Below, one piece after another: positions 1-9,030 of a stretch of DNA of 64,000 nt. The stretch covers positions 45,585-109,584 of the forward strand of contig CAVWLW010000030.1 in NCBI GenBank assembly GCA_963755715.1, written 5' to 3'. Within the stretch, counting starts at the first letter, position 1, and each line of letters starts with the position of its first letter. The notes beneath the pieces were generated by a model, which had not been told where the DNA came from, did not search any database, and saw only the letters and a list, made by a program, of their open reading frames with translations. The DNA is from an uncultured delta proteobacterium (GTDB lineage Bacteria > Desulfobacterota > Binatia > UBA9968). The translations under genes and the position numbers were made by a program.

Positions 1-651
1 CGGGTATGAGAGCGTATGAAAGTCGTTGAGCAGCGTTTGCAGCCGGCCAATCTCGTTTTTTAGATCCTGCACCGTGCTCACGATCATTTCTTTGCTGAGA
101 TTGAAATTATTTTGTAACGACCGTTCTAAAAATTGTACGGTTGTCGACATGCCGTTTAGCGGATTTCGGATCTCATGAGCCAACATGGCCGTCGCCGTCC
201 CGATCGCCGCCATATGCCCTTTTTCTTTTAGGCGCTCCTGGAGTTCTTTTTGCTCACTGTCGTCGCTTAAAAGAATGAGATGCCCCTTGACGGCTCCTGT
301 GTCATCACGCAACGCCAGCGCCTCCAACTGCGCATACAAATACGACCCGTCTTTGCGCTGCAGCCAGTCGGAAATGACAACGCTATTTTGGCGCTGCGCC
401 TTTTCAATCGTTTGTTGCCATTTAGTTTCACCGGTCGGCGCAACTCTGAAAAGCGTCGGAAAATGGACGCCTTCCATTTCTTGACTCGGATAACCTAGAA
501 TCTTTTCCGTCCCTCGGTTGGAACGAACGACTTCATCCTCGAGGCCAAGAAATAAAATAGCGTAATTGGTCAAATTGCCCATCAAGCTTTCATCGAGCGA
601 CGAGGGGTGGATTGGTTTCGGGGTCAAAGCTGACAATTCTCGTTTTTCCAC
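1..651 (-). CDS. PAS-domain sensor histidine kinase, N-terminal part (runs off window start)
   Basis: Not in the ORF track. Manual translation from GTG at 651 gives a PAS-like segment (NYAILFLGLEDEVVRSNRGTEKILGY...LQRKDGSY) followed by the H-box AMLAHEIRNPLNGM; open to base 1. Confidence 0.85.
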   Translation of the reverse strand, partial: MEKRELSALTPKPIHPSSLDESLMGNLTNYAILFLGLEDEVVRSNRGTEKILGYPSQEMEGVHFPTLFRVAPTGETKWQQTIEKAQRQNSVVISDWLQRKDGSYLYAQLEALALRDDTGAVKGHLILLSDDSEQKELQERLKEKGHMAAIGTATAMLAHEIRNPLNGMSTTVQFLERSLQNNFNLSKEMIVSTVQDLKNEIGRLQTLLNDFHTLSYP

Positions 652-923
652 GGCAAATCGACTGTCTCAACACTGAGAATTTGGCGACGATTCTATCGGG
701 TGGCCATAGAGTGTTTCAGCATGGCGACAGGCCAGCTCTCTCTACTCTCAATCTTGGTACACGCATAGTCCTAAATCAACCCATCTCTGCTGAAAACCAT
801 TCACGATGTGCGATGTGGCGGTTAATTCTGGCGGCAAATGAGGCGATTTCCCTTCAGATGCTGATTTGAACCAGCTTGTTATGCCACTCGCGAGACGATG
901 GTTTCGTATCGTCTCGTTTTTCC

Positions 924-939
924 GGGAACAACGCTTGCA
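924..939 (+). promoter_or_regulatory. sigma54 (-24/-12) promoter candidate for the kinase-AAA gene
   Basis: GGGAACAACGCTTGCA has GG-N10-GC with TTGC at -12, about 60 bp upstream of ATG 1002. Confidence 0.55.
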
Positions 940-1001
940 CTTACATGGCGTTAAATGGCGCTACGAATCTTTTGCGACAGATTAAAGCTTAAAGTGCGGC
1001 A

Positions 1002-2567
1002 ATGAGTAAACATCTTTCGCCGTTGGTCGCCGCAATGCTGCGGCCGGAGTTTTACCCGGACAAACCCGCCGAGGTGGAGCTTCGGCAAACCCACATATCA
1101 TACGTATTTATCGCCGGAGCCCGTGTTTATAAGGTCAAGAAAAACGTCAAATTTCCTTTTTTAGATTATTCGACTTTAGACAAACGTCGCCACTTCTGCG
1201 CGGAGGAAGTGCGCCTAAACCGGCGGCTAGCGCCGAGCACCTACCTGGGCACTGTCGGGATTTGCCGCGTGGGAACAGCCTTCTCCCTCAATCGAGACTC
1301 AAGCCACCCTGCCGAAGAATATGCGGTCGAGATGAACCGGCTCCCCGACTCTCGAATGCTTAGCGCGTTATTGCGTCACGATGCGGTTGATTCGGAGTGT
1401 TTGATCGCGATCGCAACAAAACTTGCCGCTTTTCACGCGCGCGCGCCTTCCGACAAAGCGGCGATTTACGGCTCGCCGCAAACGATCGCCGCTAATCTTC
1501 GAGAAAATTTCCGCGCCACCCGGCCATTCGTCGATCGCACGATTACCGGACCTTCCTTCAAGACCATAAAAGCCTACAGCGAGGCGTTTCAAAAGGAGCA
1601 CGCCGCGCTCATCGCCGGGCGAATGGCTCAAGGCCGCGTCCGCGAAGGCCACGGCGATTTGCGCGCGGAACATATCTGCTTGGTGGGCGAAATAGAAATC
1701 TTCGATTGCGTGGAATTCGATGCAGCGCTCCGATATGGCGACATCGCCTCGGACATTGCTTTTCTCGCGATGGATTTAGATTTTTTCGGCTGCGCGCACT
1801 TATCGCGTCAGTTCGAAAGCGCCTACGCAGCAGCGGCACGCGATCCGGCAATGGCAACCTTACTGCCCTTTTATAAATGTTACCGCGCCTATGTCCGCGG
1901 TAAAGTCGAGAGCCTCAAAAGCGAGGAGCAAGAAATTTCCTCCGCCGATCGCCAACGCGCGTCTCTGCAGGCGTTGCGTTACTTCTGTCTGGCGACCCGA
2001 TATACCGAAAGTCGGCGAAAGCCGATCCTGCTAATCGTTTGCGGCCTGATCGCGACGGGAAAATCGACCGTAGCCGGATTGGTTTCCAATCTGACGGGCT
2101 TTCCGGTTTTCAGTTCCGATCAGGTCCGGAAAAAACTCGCCGGCATGGCGCCGACGAGCCGGCGAACCGACAAATTCCAACAAGGCATCTACGCCGAGCA
2201 ATTCACCGAGCAAACGTACGCGAGTTTACTCGAGGCGGCGGAGCAATGCCTGGCGAGGGGCAACGGCGTTATTATCGACGCCACTTTTGCGGCGCCGCGA
2301 TATCGTAATCAATTTCTTGATCTGGCCGGCCGCTTCAACGTTCCGGTGCTCTTCATTGAATGTCGGAGCGCAGAAAGAACCATCCGCGAGCGGCTCGCCG
2401 CAAGGGAAAAAGATCCGAACGAAGTCTCTGATGCGACCTGGGCGGTTTATCGAACAATGCGCGAGCAATTTAAGGCATTCTCGGAACTACCCAAGAATTG
2501 CCACATTGAATTGAACACCGATCGGAATCTCGCGCGCGCTCTAGGTAAATTGCAGGCGAAGCTGTGA
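1002..2567 (+). CDS. Bifunctional APH/kinase-like + AAA_33 P-loop protein (COG2187/COG0645, Rv2004c-like)
   Basis: QTHISYVF, YKVKK, EGHGDLRAEHI and FDCVEF kinase-like motifs; C-terminal P-loop GLIATGKST, SSDQVRK, IIDATF. Confidence 0.88.
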   Translation: MSKHLSPLVAAMLRPEFYPDKPAEVELRQTHISYVFIAGARVYKVKKNVKFPFLDYSTLDKRRHFCAEEVRLNRRLAPSTYLGTVGICRVGTAFSLNRDSSHPAEEYAVEMNRLPDSRMLSALLRHDAVDSECLIAIATKLAAFHARAPSDKAAIYGSPQTIAANLRENFRATRPFVDRTITGPSFKTIKAYSEAFQKEHAALIAGRMAQGRVREGHGDLRAEHICLVGEIEIFDCVEFDAALRYGDIASDIAFLAMDLDFFGCAHLSRQFESAYAAAARDPAMATLLPFYKCYRAYVRGKVESLKSEEQEISSADRQRASLQALRYFCLATRYTESRRKPILLIVCGLIATGKSTVAGLVSNLTGFPVFSSDQVRKKLAGMAPTSRRTDKFQQGIYAEQFTEQTYASLLEAAEQCLARGNGVIIDATFAAPRYRNQFLDLAGRFNVPVLFIECRSAERTIRERLAAREKDPNEVSDATWAVYRTMREQFKAFSELPKNCHIELNTDRNLARALGKLQAKL

Positions 2568-2620
2568 ATGCGAAATTCACAGCTCGCCGCAATTCTGCGA
2601 GTTCCTACGAGCCAAACGTC

Positions 2621-3241
2621 TTAAGCAACGGCTCGTACCGCCGCGGGCGTCGCCAGCCGACGATGGACCGTGTCCCAATCGACGTTGGCGAAAAATGCTT
2701 CAATATACTTACCGCGCTCCGCCGGTTTGTAGTCGAGTAGAAAGGCATGCTCCCAGACGTCCATGACCAAAATCGGTTTGAAACCGGACGGCACCCCGTC
2801 CTGATGCAGCGCAACCCAATGATTCGAAAGTCGCTCGGTTACCGGGTCCTGATACAAGATGGCCCAGCCGACGCCGCGCATTTCTCCGACGGCGGCAAAC
2901 GCCTGATGCCAGTTGTCGAAACCGTCGAAGCACTGCTCGACGGCGTGCTTGAAATCGGCGGACGGACTGCCTTTGCCCTTTGCCGCAAGGTTTTCAAAAT
3001 AATACTCGTGCAACACCATGCCGCCGTATTCGAATCCCAAGCGACGGGTCAGCTCGGCGTAAGCCGGGTCTTTTCCTGACGCCTCTTTGTTGCGGATGAT
3101 TTCAGCAATTTGCTCGTTGAGTAAATTGGTATTTTTCACGTAGCCTTCGTAAAGGCCAAAGTGCATTTTCAAGGTCTCGTCCGATATTCCCTTCAATCCG
3201 GAGAGCTTAAATTCCTTCGCTTTGTAAGTAGAATGCGCCAT
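2621..3241 (-). CDS. Fe/Mn superoxide dismutase family protein
   Basis: MHFGLYEGYV, GGMVLHEYYF and DVWEHAF metal-ligand motifs. Start reassigned to MAHSTY (3241), which has an AAGGA RBS. Confidence 0.9.
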   Translation of the reverse strand: MAHSTYKAKEFKLSGLKGISDETLKMHFGLYEGYVKNTNLLNEQIAEIIRNKEASGKDPAYAELTRRLGFEYGGMVLHEYYFENLAAKGKGSPSADFKHAVEQCFDGFDNWHQAFAAVGEMRGVGWAILYQDPVTERLSNHWVALHQDGVPSGFKPILVMDVWEHAFLLDYKPAERGKYIEAFFANVDWDTVHRRLATPAAVRAVA

Positions 3242-3337
3242 TGTTCTTCCTTTCGTCGATAAGATTCTTCTAAATAACGCAAAGGTGATACCAAATTTTG
3301 CCTGCTGCGGGCCGTCGCGAAAGTGGGACAAATACAT

Positions 3338-3353
3338 AGCTCGATATGTGCCA
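3338..3353 (-). promoter_or_regulatory. sigma54 promoter candidate for SOD
   Basis: Minus strand TGGCACATATCGAGCT: TGGCAC plus GC at the correct spacing; the -12 TT is imperfect. Confidence 0.5.
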
Positions 3354-3426
3354 AATTTAAGAAGCGAAACGGCCGGTCGCCCGTTCGATTTGGCTATAAA
3401 AGAGCCATCCTTGTCGTCGAGCGCCA

Positions 3427-3442
3427 TGGCACGTCTGTTGCG
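3427..3442 (+). promoter_or_regulatory. sigma54 promoter for the USP-psiE unit
   Basis: TGGCACGTCTGTTGCG matches the consensus TGGCAC-N5-TTGC just upstream of ATG 3455. Confidence 0.7.
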
Positions 3443-3454
3443 CATTAAAAAAGA

Positions 3455-3968
3455 ATGGCAGATCGTCAGCATATTTTGGTTGCTATCAATGATTTTCCGA
3501 TGACACAGCATCTTGAAGACTGCTTGCGGAAAACGGTTAAAGACCGAACTGCAGTGACGATCCATCTGTTTCATGCGCTCGGGCCGTTGCCGCCGCAACT
3601 GCTCGAATCACGCGGAGCTGAGGATCCCACAGACGAAAAGAAAGTCGAAGCCGAGCAAATTCAACAGCAAGAGTCTTGGTTTATTCGCGCACGGCAAGAA
3701 GCCGAACTTCTCTTGCAAACCGCAACAGCTCGGCTGCGAGATCTTTCTGTCTGACACCGAGATTAAATCTCATTTTGTCCTGCTGTATCAGCGCGAAGAT
3801 CTGGTCGCCGAAATTCTTAAAGCGGCGCATCACAATGATTGTGCAACGATTATCGTCGGCCACAAATCCTACCCCTGGCTGCGCGAGCAGTTCCATGCGC
3901 ATACCGCTGTGCAATTGAAATCGGCTTCACCGGACGTAACGGTTTGCGCCGTAGCCGTAAATGTATAG
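3455..3968 (+). CDS. Universal stress protein (UspA family), split by a frameshift near 3745
   Basis: N-terminal HILVAIND...IHLFHALG in ORF 3455-3754; C-terminal EILKAAHHNDCATIIVGH...VTVCAV in ORF 3573-3968. Confidence 0.75.
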
Positions 3969-4022
3969 TACCGGGTTGGCAAACCAGTGAATACGTGATG
4001 GCCCCTTCGACTAAAGATCTTA

Positions 4023-4532
4023 ATGGCTAAGAGCATCCAAGTCCCGCTACGTGAAAAGCTGTCACTTGCGTTTACGCTGATTGAAGACACTATTTACGTC
4101 GGACTTGGTCTGCTGCTCGCCGGTGTCGCCGCCGCTCTGCTCGTCACTGAAATCGTTTTCTTCAGCCAGTACATTCTTGCTGGAGAATTGTCCGACAACA
4201 TCGTTATGCTGCTCGACCGCATCCTGCTCATTATTATCTTTGCTGAAGTCTTGTACACGGTGCAGGTTTCTTTTCGCCAGCACATGCTCCAGCCCGGCCC
4301 GTTTTTGGTCGTGGGACTGATCGCTGTAACTCGGCGGATCCTTGTCCTCACGGCCGAACTACCCAAAATGGTGAAAGAAAACGAAGCGATTTTCTACAAT
4401 GCCATGATCGAACTTGGCTTGCTCACCGTTTTGATCGTGGCGTTGGTGGTTTCCCTACGGCTGATTCGGCCAAGCGATCCCAATGCCGCGGCGGAAGACA
4501 AATCGACGCCACAAATTAAACGCGGGGCCTGA
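4023..4532 (+). CDS. Phosphate-starvation-inducible PsiE-family membrane protein
   Basis: Four hydrophobic segments; LLDRILLIIIFAEVLYTV and PFLVVGLIAVTRRIL motifs. Confidence 0.8.
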   Translation: MAKSIQVPLREKLSLAFTLIEDTIYVGLGLLLAGVAAALLVTEIVFFSQYILAGELSDNIVMLLDRILLIIIFAEVLYTVQVSFRQHMLQPGPFLVVGLIAVTRRILVLTAELPKMVKENEAIFYNAMIELGLLTVLIVALVVSLRLIRPSDPNAAAEDKSTPQIKRGA

Positions 4533-4603
4533 TGGCTCATAGCGAGCGCACACTGTGGGGAGAAGTTTTTGAATTTACCAGCCCATCGGCGCTGAATTAG
4601 GGC

Positions 4604-4918
4604 TCAATTGCGCGATCCAGTAATTCTGAACAGCTCGCGTTTGGACGCCTGCTGCAAAAGCCCGGATACTTGCTGTGACCATGAATGAAAATCGCCATTC
4701 GCTGTTACTTTTTGGATTTGCGTTTCGAGCGCGCCGAGATCCTCCGCTTCCTGCTCGAACAGCAAATCCGGCGCGCCGATCGAGCCAAAATGCGTGCGCA
4801 TGATTCTTGGCTTGCTCCCGCCGGCTTCTTCAACCCATTTGAGAAGCTTCATGAGCTTGCCTTCGACCTCATCGGTTTTTCCGGGCAATGTGTGAAAACT
4901 CAATCGCGATAAAAACAC
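4604..4918 (-). CDS. Hypothetical protein (possible dimeric alpha/beta-barrel, NIPSNAP-like)
   Basis: 104 aa ORF with GGAGG RBS and natural composition; fold is a guess. Confidence 0.6.
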   Translation of the reverse strand: MFLSRLSFHTLPGKTDEVEGKLMKLLKWVEEAGGSKPRIMRTHFGSIGAPDLLFEQEAEDLGALETQIQKVTANGDFHSWSQQVSGLLQQASKRELFRITGSRN

Positions 4919-4951
4919 GACCTAAGCCCTCCAATAAAACAAGATTGAATA

Positions 4952-5272
4952 TTAAAACTGTTCTTTGTCCAGACAGCGACTCCACACAAGAAAACCCACG
5001 GCCGCGCCGGTCAGGACACCTAACGTTATCCACGGCCTCGCCTGGACGTAAGAGATCGCTACATCCGCTCCATGTCGGGCTTCTTTCAAAATATCTTCCT
5101 TCTGAATGAGCTGATCTCTTATCGACTGTAAGGTTCGGCGCACTTGTCCGCGTAACGAGGACAAGCCGTCATCCGCCTGCTCGGCCGTGGCTTTCATTAA
5201 CTCTTCCACGTCTTCCGTCAGCGTTTTGAGATTAGATAACAGCCTTTGGCGCGCAATTTCGGCTCGGGTCAT
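4952..5272 (-). CDS. DUF883 (ElaB/YqjD) tail-anchored membrane protein
   Basis: LKTLTEDVEELMKATA...YVQARPWITLGV plus a C-terminal TM; start at MTRAE. Confidence 0.85.
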   Translation of the reverse strand: MTRAEIARQRLLSNLKTLTEDVEELMKATAEQADDGLSSLRGQVRRTLQSIRDQLIQKEDILKEARHGADVAISYVQARPWITLGVLTGAAVGFLVWSRCLDKEQF

Positions 5273-5327
5273 ATAAATTCTCCCGCATCTAAACTTCACG
5301 ACCGATTATGGTATGGTTAGGTTTTAA

Positions 5328-5343
5328 AGCAAGTTATGTGCCG
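5328..5343 (-). promoter_or_regulatory. sigma54 promoter for the DUF883 unit
   Basis: Minus strand CGGCACATAACTTGCT, near-perfect -24/-12. Confidence 0.7.
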
Positions 5344-5478
5344 AATTTGATTTCCTATCCTTAAATAAATTGTGACAACAGTGAAGGATTAAATGCTTTT
5401 AGTTTGTCCGCACGCCTCTCACAGTTTCACAATGTTGAAAAAGTCGCGGCGAGTGCAACCGACCGGCGGTGGTTGTAC

Positions 5479-5512
5479 GAAAAACTCAGACAGAGAAGAA
5501 GAAAAACTCAGA
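5479..5512. repeat. 12-bp direct repeat GAAAAACTCAGA x2 (period 22 bp)
   Basis: Exact copies at 5479-5490 and 5501-5512, about 140-170 bp upstream of the sigma54 site. Confidence 0.6.
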
Positions 5513-5642
5513 ATTGAAGATTTATTTAGATCGCGGCGTGCGCGTTAGAGAGGGAATCAGGAGTTAGCCGTAGACGTTGATCGATAATTCGACGGAGAAA
5601 TCGACGAGGGAAAATGAAACGCCTCTGGGCTTCGATTGAAAA

Positions 5643-5855
5643 CTATTGCCAGGTTACCGCGTCCGTGATCACGATTTCTTCGGAAGAAACTAACGACTGT
5701 GTGCCGTCATCCCAATGCACGTTGACCAATTGCCCGCCCTCGCCTTCGAGTTCGTAGACAATAGTTCCTTCCGTCGCGGCTCCGATCGTTCCTTCGATAT
5801 CTAAAATCTCGGTCGCCGCGCGGCAACGTATTCCTTTCAGCGTAACATCTATCAT
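5643..5855 (-). CDS. Small hypothetical protein (SH3-like, DUF4314-like)
   Basis: 70 aa, EGTIVYE...VNVHWDDGTQSLV pattern, GAGGG RBS. Confidence 0.55.
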   Translation of the reverse strand: MIDVTLKGIRCRAATEILDIEGTIGAATEGTIVYELEGEGGQLVNVHWDDGTQSLVSSEEIVITDAVTWQ

Positions 5856-6040
5856 CGGCGCGCCCTCGTGGTCTCGTCGAAAACGACTTGACGGTCTTTG
5901 GTCTCAAGAAGGGCAACTTTAAACATGAAAATTTGTTCAAATCAACTGTAAAAAAACCTTTGCGCCGATAAAGTTTCGCCACGCTCGTTGCGAAAGCAGC
6001 GCTAGCCAACCAGCAGCCCACCATCGACAATCGAGGGAAG

Positions 6041-7372
6041 CTACGAAATCAACGCCACCTGAAGATCCATGACGTTGGTCAAGGTCGGACCTGTGACTAA
6101 TAAATCGTCCGTAGCGCGTAAGAAATGATAGGAATCGTTTCTATTTAGAAAATCTCTTGCGTCGAGACCTTTGGCTTTGCCGCGCTCGACGGTTGATCCG
6201 TCGATAATTCCACCGGCGGCATCCGTAGGTCCGTCCGTGCCATCCGTGCCGCCGCTCAAGAGAACGGCATCCTTCAGCCCGTCGATTTCAATTGCCGCCG
6301 CGAGAGCGAACTCTTGATTGCGGCCGCCCACGCCATCGCCGGAAACCGTGACCGTGGTTTCGCCGCCCGAGATCACGCAGGCGGGACGAGGAATCGGTTT
6401 GTCGGTCCGCGCAATCTCTTGCATCAACGAGGCGTGCGATCTGGCCACGGCTCTGCTTTCGCCCTCGATAGAATCGCCAAGAATCATCGTATGATAGCCG
6501 AGCGCGTCGGCGCGCTGGCGCGCCGCCTCTACGGCGATGCGATTGCTGCCAATGACGACGTTTTGGACTTTCTGAAAGATCGCGTCCGAAGGTTTCGGCG
6601 TCTCGTCATGCTTGCCGTCGGCGCCGCTTTGCAAATAATCGATCACCGCCGATGGAATCCGATCGTGAAGCCGGTAGCGACGAAGTATCTGCAAACACTC
6701 GTCGTAGGTGCTGTTATCGGGAGCAGTGGGGCCGGACGCAATGGCATCGAGCGCGTCGCCGACGACATCGGAAAGGATCAACGCGATCAAACGCGCGGGC
6801 GCTACGAGTTTCGCAAGCTGCCCGCCTTTCAATCGCGAAAGATGTTTTCGCAGCGCGTTGATTTCACCGATGCCGGCTCCGCTTTTTAAAAGAGCCTCGG
6901 TGGCTTGTTGCTTATCAGCGAGCGATAAGCCGTCAGCCGGAAAAGGCAAAAGCGCCGAACCGCCGCCCGAAATCAGAAACAAGACCAGGTCCCGTTCCTC
7001 GCAGTTGTGGAGGAGCTCCACAACCCGCCGCGCGCCATCGAGTCCGGCTTGATCGGGAATCGGATGACCCGCTTCAACGACGCGGATCTTCTTCAGCGGC
7101 AGGCCGTGGCCGTACTTCACGACGATGACGCCGTCCGCGATTTTATCCCCGAGCAATGCTTCGACAGCCGATGCCATCGGCGCGCTCGCTTTACCGCAAC
7201 CGGCGACAAAGATGCGGCGAATCGATGCTAACTCGTAGGCGCGGCCGGCGACGTGGAGCCGATCGCCGCGAAGTCGAAGGTTAGTCTTAACCGCTGCGCC
7301 AGGATCCGACGCGATTAAAGCGGCGCTGAAAATATTCCGGGCGTGCGTCCGCAGTTCGTTCAGAGATGGCAT
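6041..7372 (-). CDS. Glycerate 2-kinase / hydroxypyruvate reductase (TtuD/MOFRL family)
   Basis: GKAS, EAGHPIPD, LISGGGSAL, SDVVGD, GGETTV, GGRNQE, GTDGTDG, TGPTLTNVMD motifs. Confidence 0.93.
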   Translation of the reverse strand: MPSLNELRTHARNIFSAALIASDPGAAVKTNLRLRGDRLHVAGRAYELASIRRIFVAGCGKASAPMASAVEALLGDKIADGVIVVKYGHGLPLKKIRVVEAGHPIPDQAGLDGARRVVELLHNCEERDLVLFLISGGGSALLPFPADGLSLADKQQATEALLKSGAGIGEINALRKHLSRLKGGQLAKLVAPARLIALILSDVVGDALDAIASGPTAPDNSTYDECLQILRRYRLHDRIPSAVIDYLQSGADGKHDETPKPSDAIFQKVQNVVIGSNRIAVEAARQRADALGYHTMILGDSIEGESRAVARSHASLMQEIARTDKPIPRPACVISGGETTVTVSGDGVGGRNQEFALAAAIEIDGLKDAVLLSGGTDGTDGPTDAAGGIIDGSTVERGKAKGLDARDFLNRNDSYHFLRATDDLLVTGPTLTNVMDLQVALIS

Positions 7373-7461
7373 TTGCCGGAGCCTATCATGACGATAGCCA
7401 ATAGGTCACACGTGCGGGGAAATGCGCCGGAACGAAACGACGACCAGATCAATCGTCAATT

Positions 7462-7869
7462 CTATCGAGGGGATGATGCTTGAGGCTGAGGATCAAACAG
7501 GCGGAATCCACCAAAACCATATTCACCGATTTCCTTCCCGGTGCTCGCGTCATAGATATCGATCAACATGTTCTTTTCCGGATGTCCCGCGAGAAAGCGC
7601 GAAAAGATCTCGACGAATTCTTCTTGCTCAACGGCATTGGCCTTTGAAAAGCCTTCACCGACGAAAAGTCGGTGCGGTCTTTTGCTGCTGTCGAGTCTCA
7701 CCCAGTAGCGGGAACCGTTGGACCCTACTTTATCGAGCCACTTACGGTATTCCGAGACTCGAGCTTCGATTTCTTTGAAGTTGAGGTTTTGCGCTGACGC
7801 AAGAGGGGAAAAAAAACATGCGGATGCCAGGATAAAAATTGCTATTTTTCCCGACATCCGCATGGTCAC
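7462..7869 (-). CDS. Hypothetical secreted protein
   Basis: Signal peptide ending ASA-Q; 135 aa. Confidence 0.6.
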   Translation of the reverse strand: MTMRMSGKIAIFILASACFFSPLASAQNLNFKEIEARVSEYRKWLDKVGSNGSRYWVRLDSSKRPHRLFVGEGFSKANAVEQEEFVEIFSRFLAGHPEKNMLIDIYDASTGKEIGEYGFGGFRLFDPQPQASSPR

Positions 7870-7885
7870 GATCTAGTCTGCGAAA

Positions 7886-8593
7886 TCAGTTAACTTTGAT
7901 TTCGACTCTGCGATTCTTCGCTCGACCTTCTGCGGTCTTGTTGTCAGCGATCGGTTTGCTTTCGCCGAATCCCTGTCCGGAAACTCGGCCACCGTCAACG
8001 CCTTTCTTCACGACATAGTCCTTCACCGAAGCAACACGCCGCTCGGACAACCCTTGGTTGTACCTCTCGGTGCCAACGTTATCGGTGTAGCCCGACAAAT
8101 TGACCTTCTTGTCTTTGTTCTCGTTCATGAAAGCAACCAGCCGATCCAATATGGCCCCGGCTTCAGGCTTGACGTTGCTCTTGTCGAAGTCAAAGAGAAC
8201 ATCGTCCAAAATAATCGTCCGCTCAACCGGTGCCGGTTTTGGCGGAGGTGGCGGTGGTGGCGGTGGCGGCGGTGGTGGCGGCTTCGGCGCCGGCGGCGGT
8301 GGTGGTGGCGGTGGAGGCGGCGGTGGTGGCGGTGGCGGTGGTGGCTCTTGAGCGATCAAATATGCCAACCCGCCACATATCAATGCCCCAGTCACTAAAC
8401 CGATCGCGGCTCCAATACCCTCATTTACGTGACTGCCGTTTATTCCGTGGTGTGCGACCGCGGCACCCACTCCAGCTCCGCCCGCACCGCATGCTGCAGC
8501 TCCAACCAATGCGCTTTGGGTCTTGGACATTCCCGCACAGCCCGTCAAGAAAAACCCTAGCGCGGTTAAGGCCAGGTGTTTGCTTGTTTTCAT
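7886..8593 (-). CDS. OmpA-family lipoprotein with glycine zipper and polyproline linker
   Basis: Lipobox LTGC, glycine-zipper helices, long Pro-rich run, OmpA-C domain (FDFDKS, GYTDNVG, LSERRV, NRRVEI); start MKTSK. Confidence 0.92.
   Translation of the reverse strand: MKTSKHLALTALGFFLTGCAGMSKTQSALVGAAACGAGGAGVGAAVAHHGINGSHVNEGIGAAIGLVTGALICGGLAYLIAQEPPPPPPPPPPPPPPPPPPAPKPPPPPPPPPPPPPPKPAPVERTIILDDVLFDFDKSNVKPEAGAILDRLVAFMNENKDKKVNLSGYTDNVGTERYNQGLSERRVASVKDYVVKKGVDGGRVSGQGFGESKPIADNKTAEGRAKNRRVEIKVN
8236..8345. repeat. GGN triplet low-complexity tract encoding polyproline
   Basis: (GGT/GGC/GGA)n on the plus strand = CCN Pro codons on the minus strand. Confidence 0.9.
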
Positions 8594-9030
8594 CTCTGCC
8601 TCCCAAAAATGCTCACAAAATTTCGCCCAAAATATGACAAGGCACCCCCTGCTGTCAAGCAAATAATTAAGAAATTTTTGAACCAACTACTTTATACGTA
8701 CCGGGAGAGCCAAATAAGGCGCTAAATAGTGTAATTCCCCTTCATCTGGCACAATCTATAGGTGTACAAAGCCTGCCGTGCCCGCAGGTAAAATGAGCCG
8801 ACAATACCGCGTGAAGGTTTTGAGATCGGTGCTTCGGTGCTAGGGTGTGCGCGCACTTGGCGAGGGCGAGCGCCAAAATCGAGCGGTCTAACAGCCTACG
8901 GCCGCGGTTGTGCAGCGAAATCGCTTATATATCAGGCAAAAAGGGAAAGTCGAATTAATCAGGGTGGCGAGATCGATCGCCGCGTTTGGATTTGGTTGCC
9001 GGGCAATTTTTCAACGTGTATCGTTTTCAG

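Noticed and set aside
2621-3598. N-terminally extended ORF calls (325-aa SOD; also extended OmpA, SH3, MscL, GlmM, CdaR, COG4315)
   Set aside because: Extensions overlap promoters or neighbouring genes; downstream starts with RBS or signal peptides fit the families better.
8845-8915. Possible c-di-GMP-I (GEMM) riboswitch upstream of the ydbH-like gene (GCGA...AAAATCG.GCGGTCTAA...TACGGCCGCGGTT)
   Set aside because: Only partial resemblance: the GNRA loop has no proper closing stem and the receptor hairpin is too short. An Infernal search with the c-di-GMP-I model would settle it.
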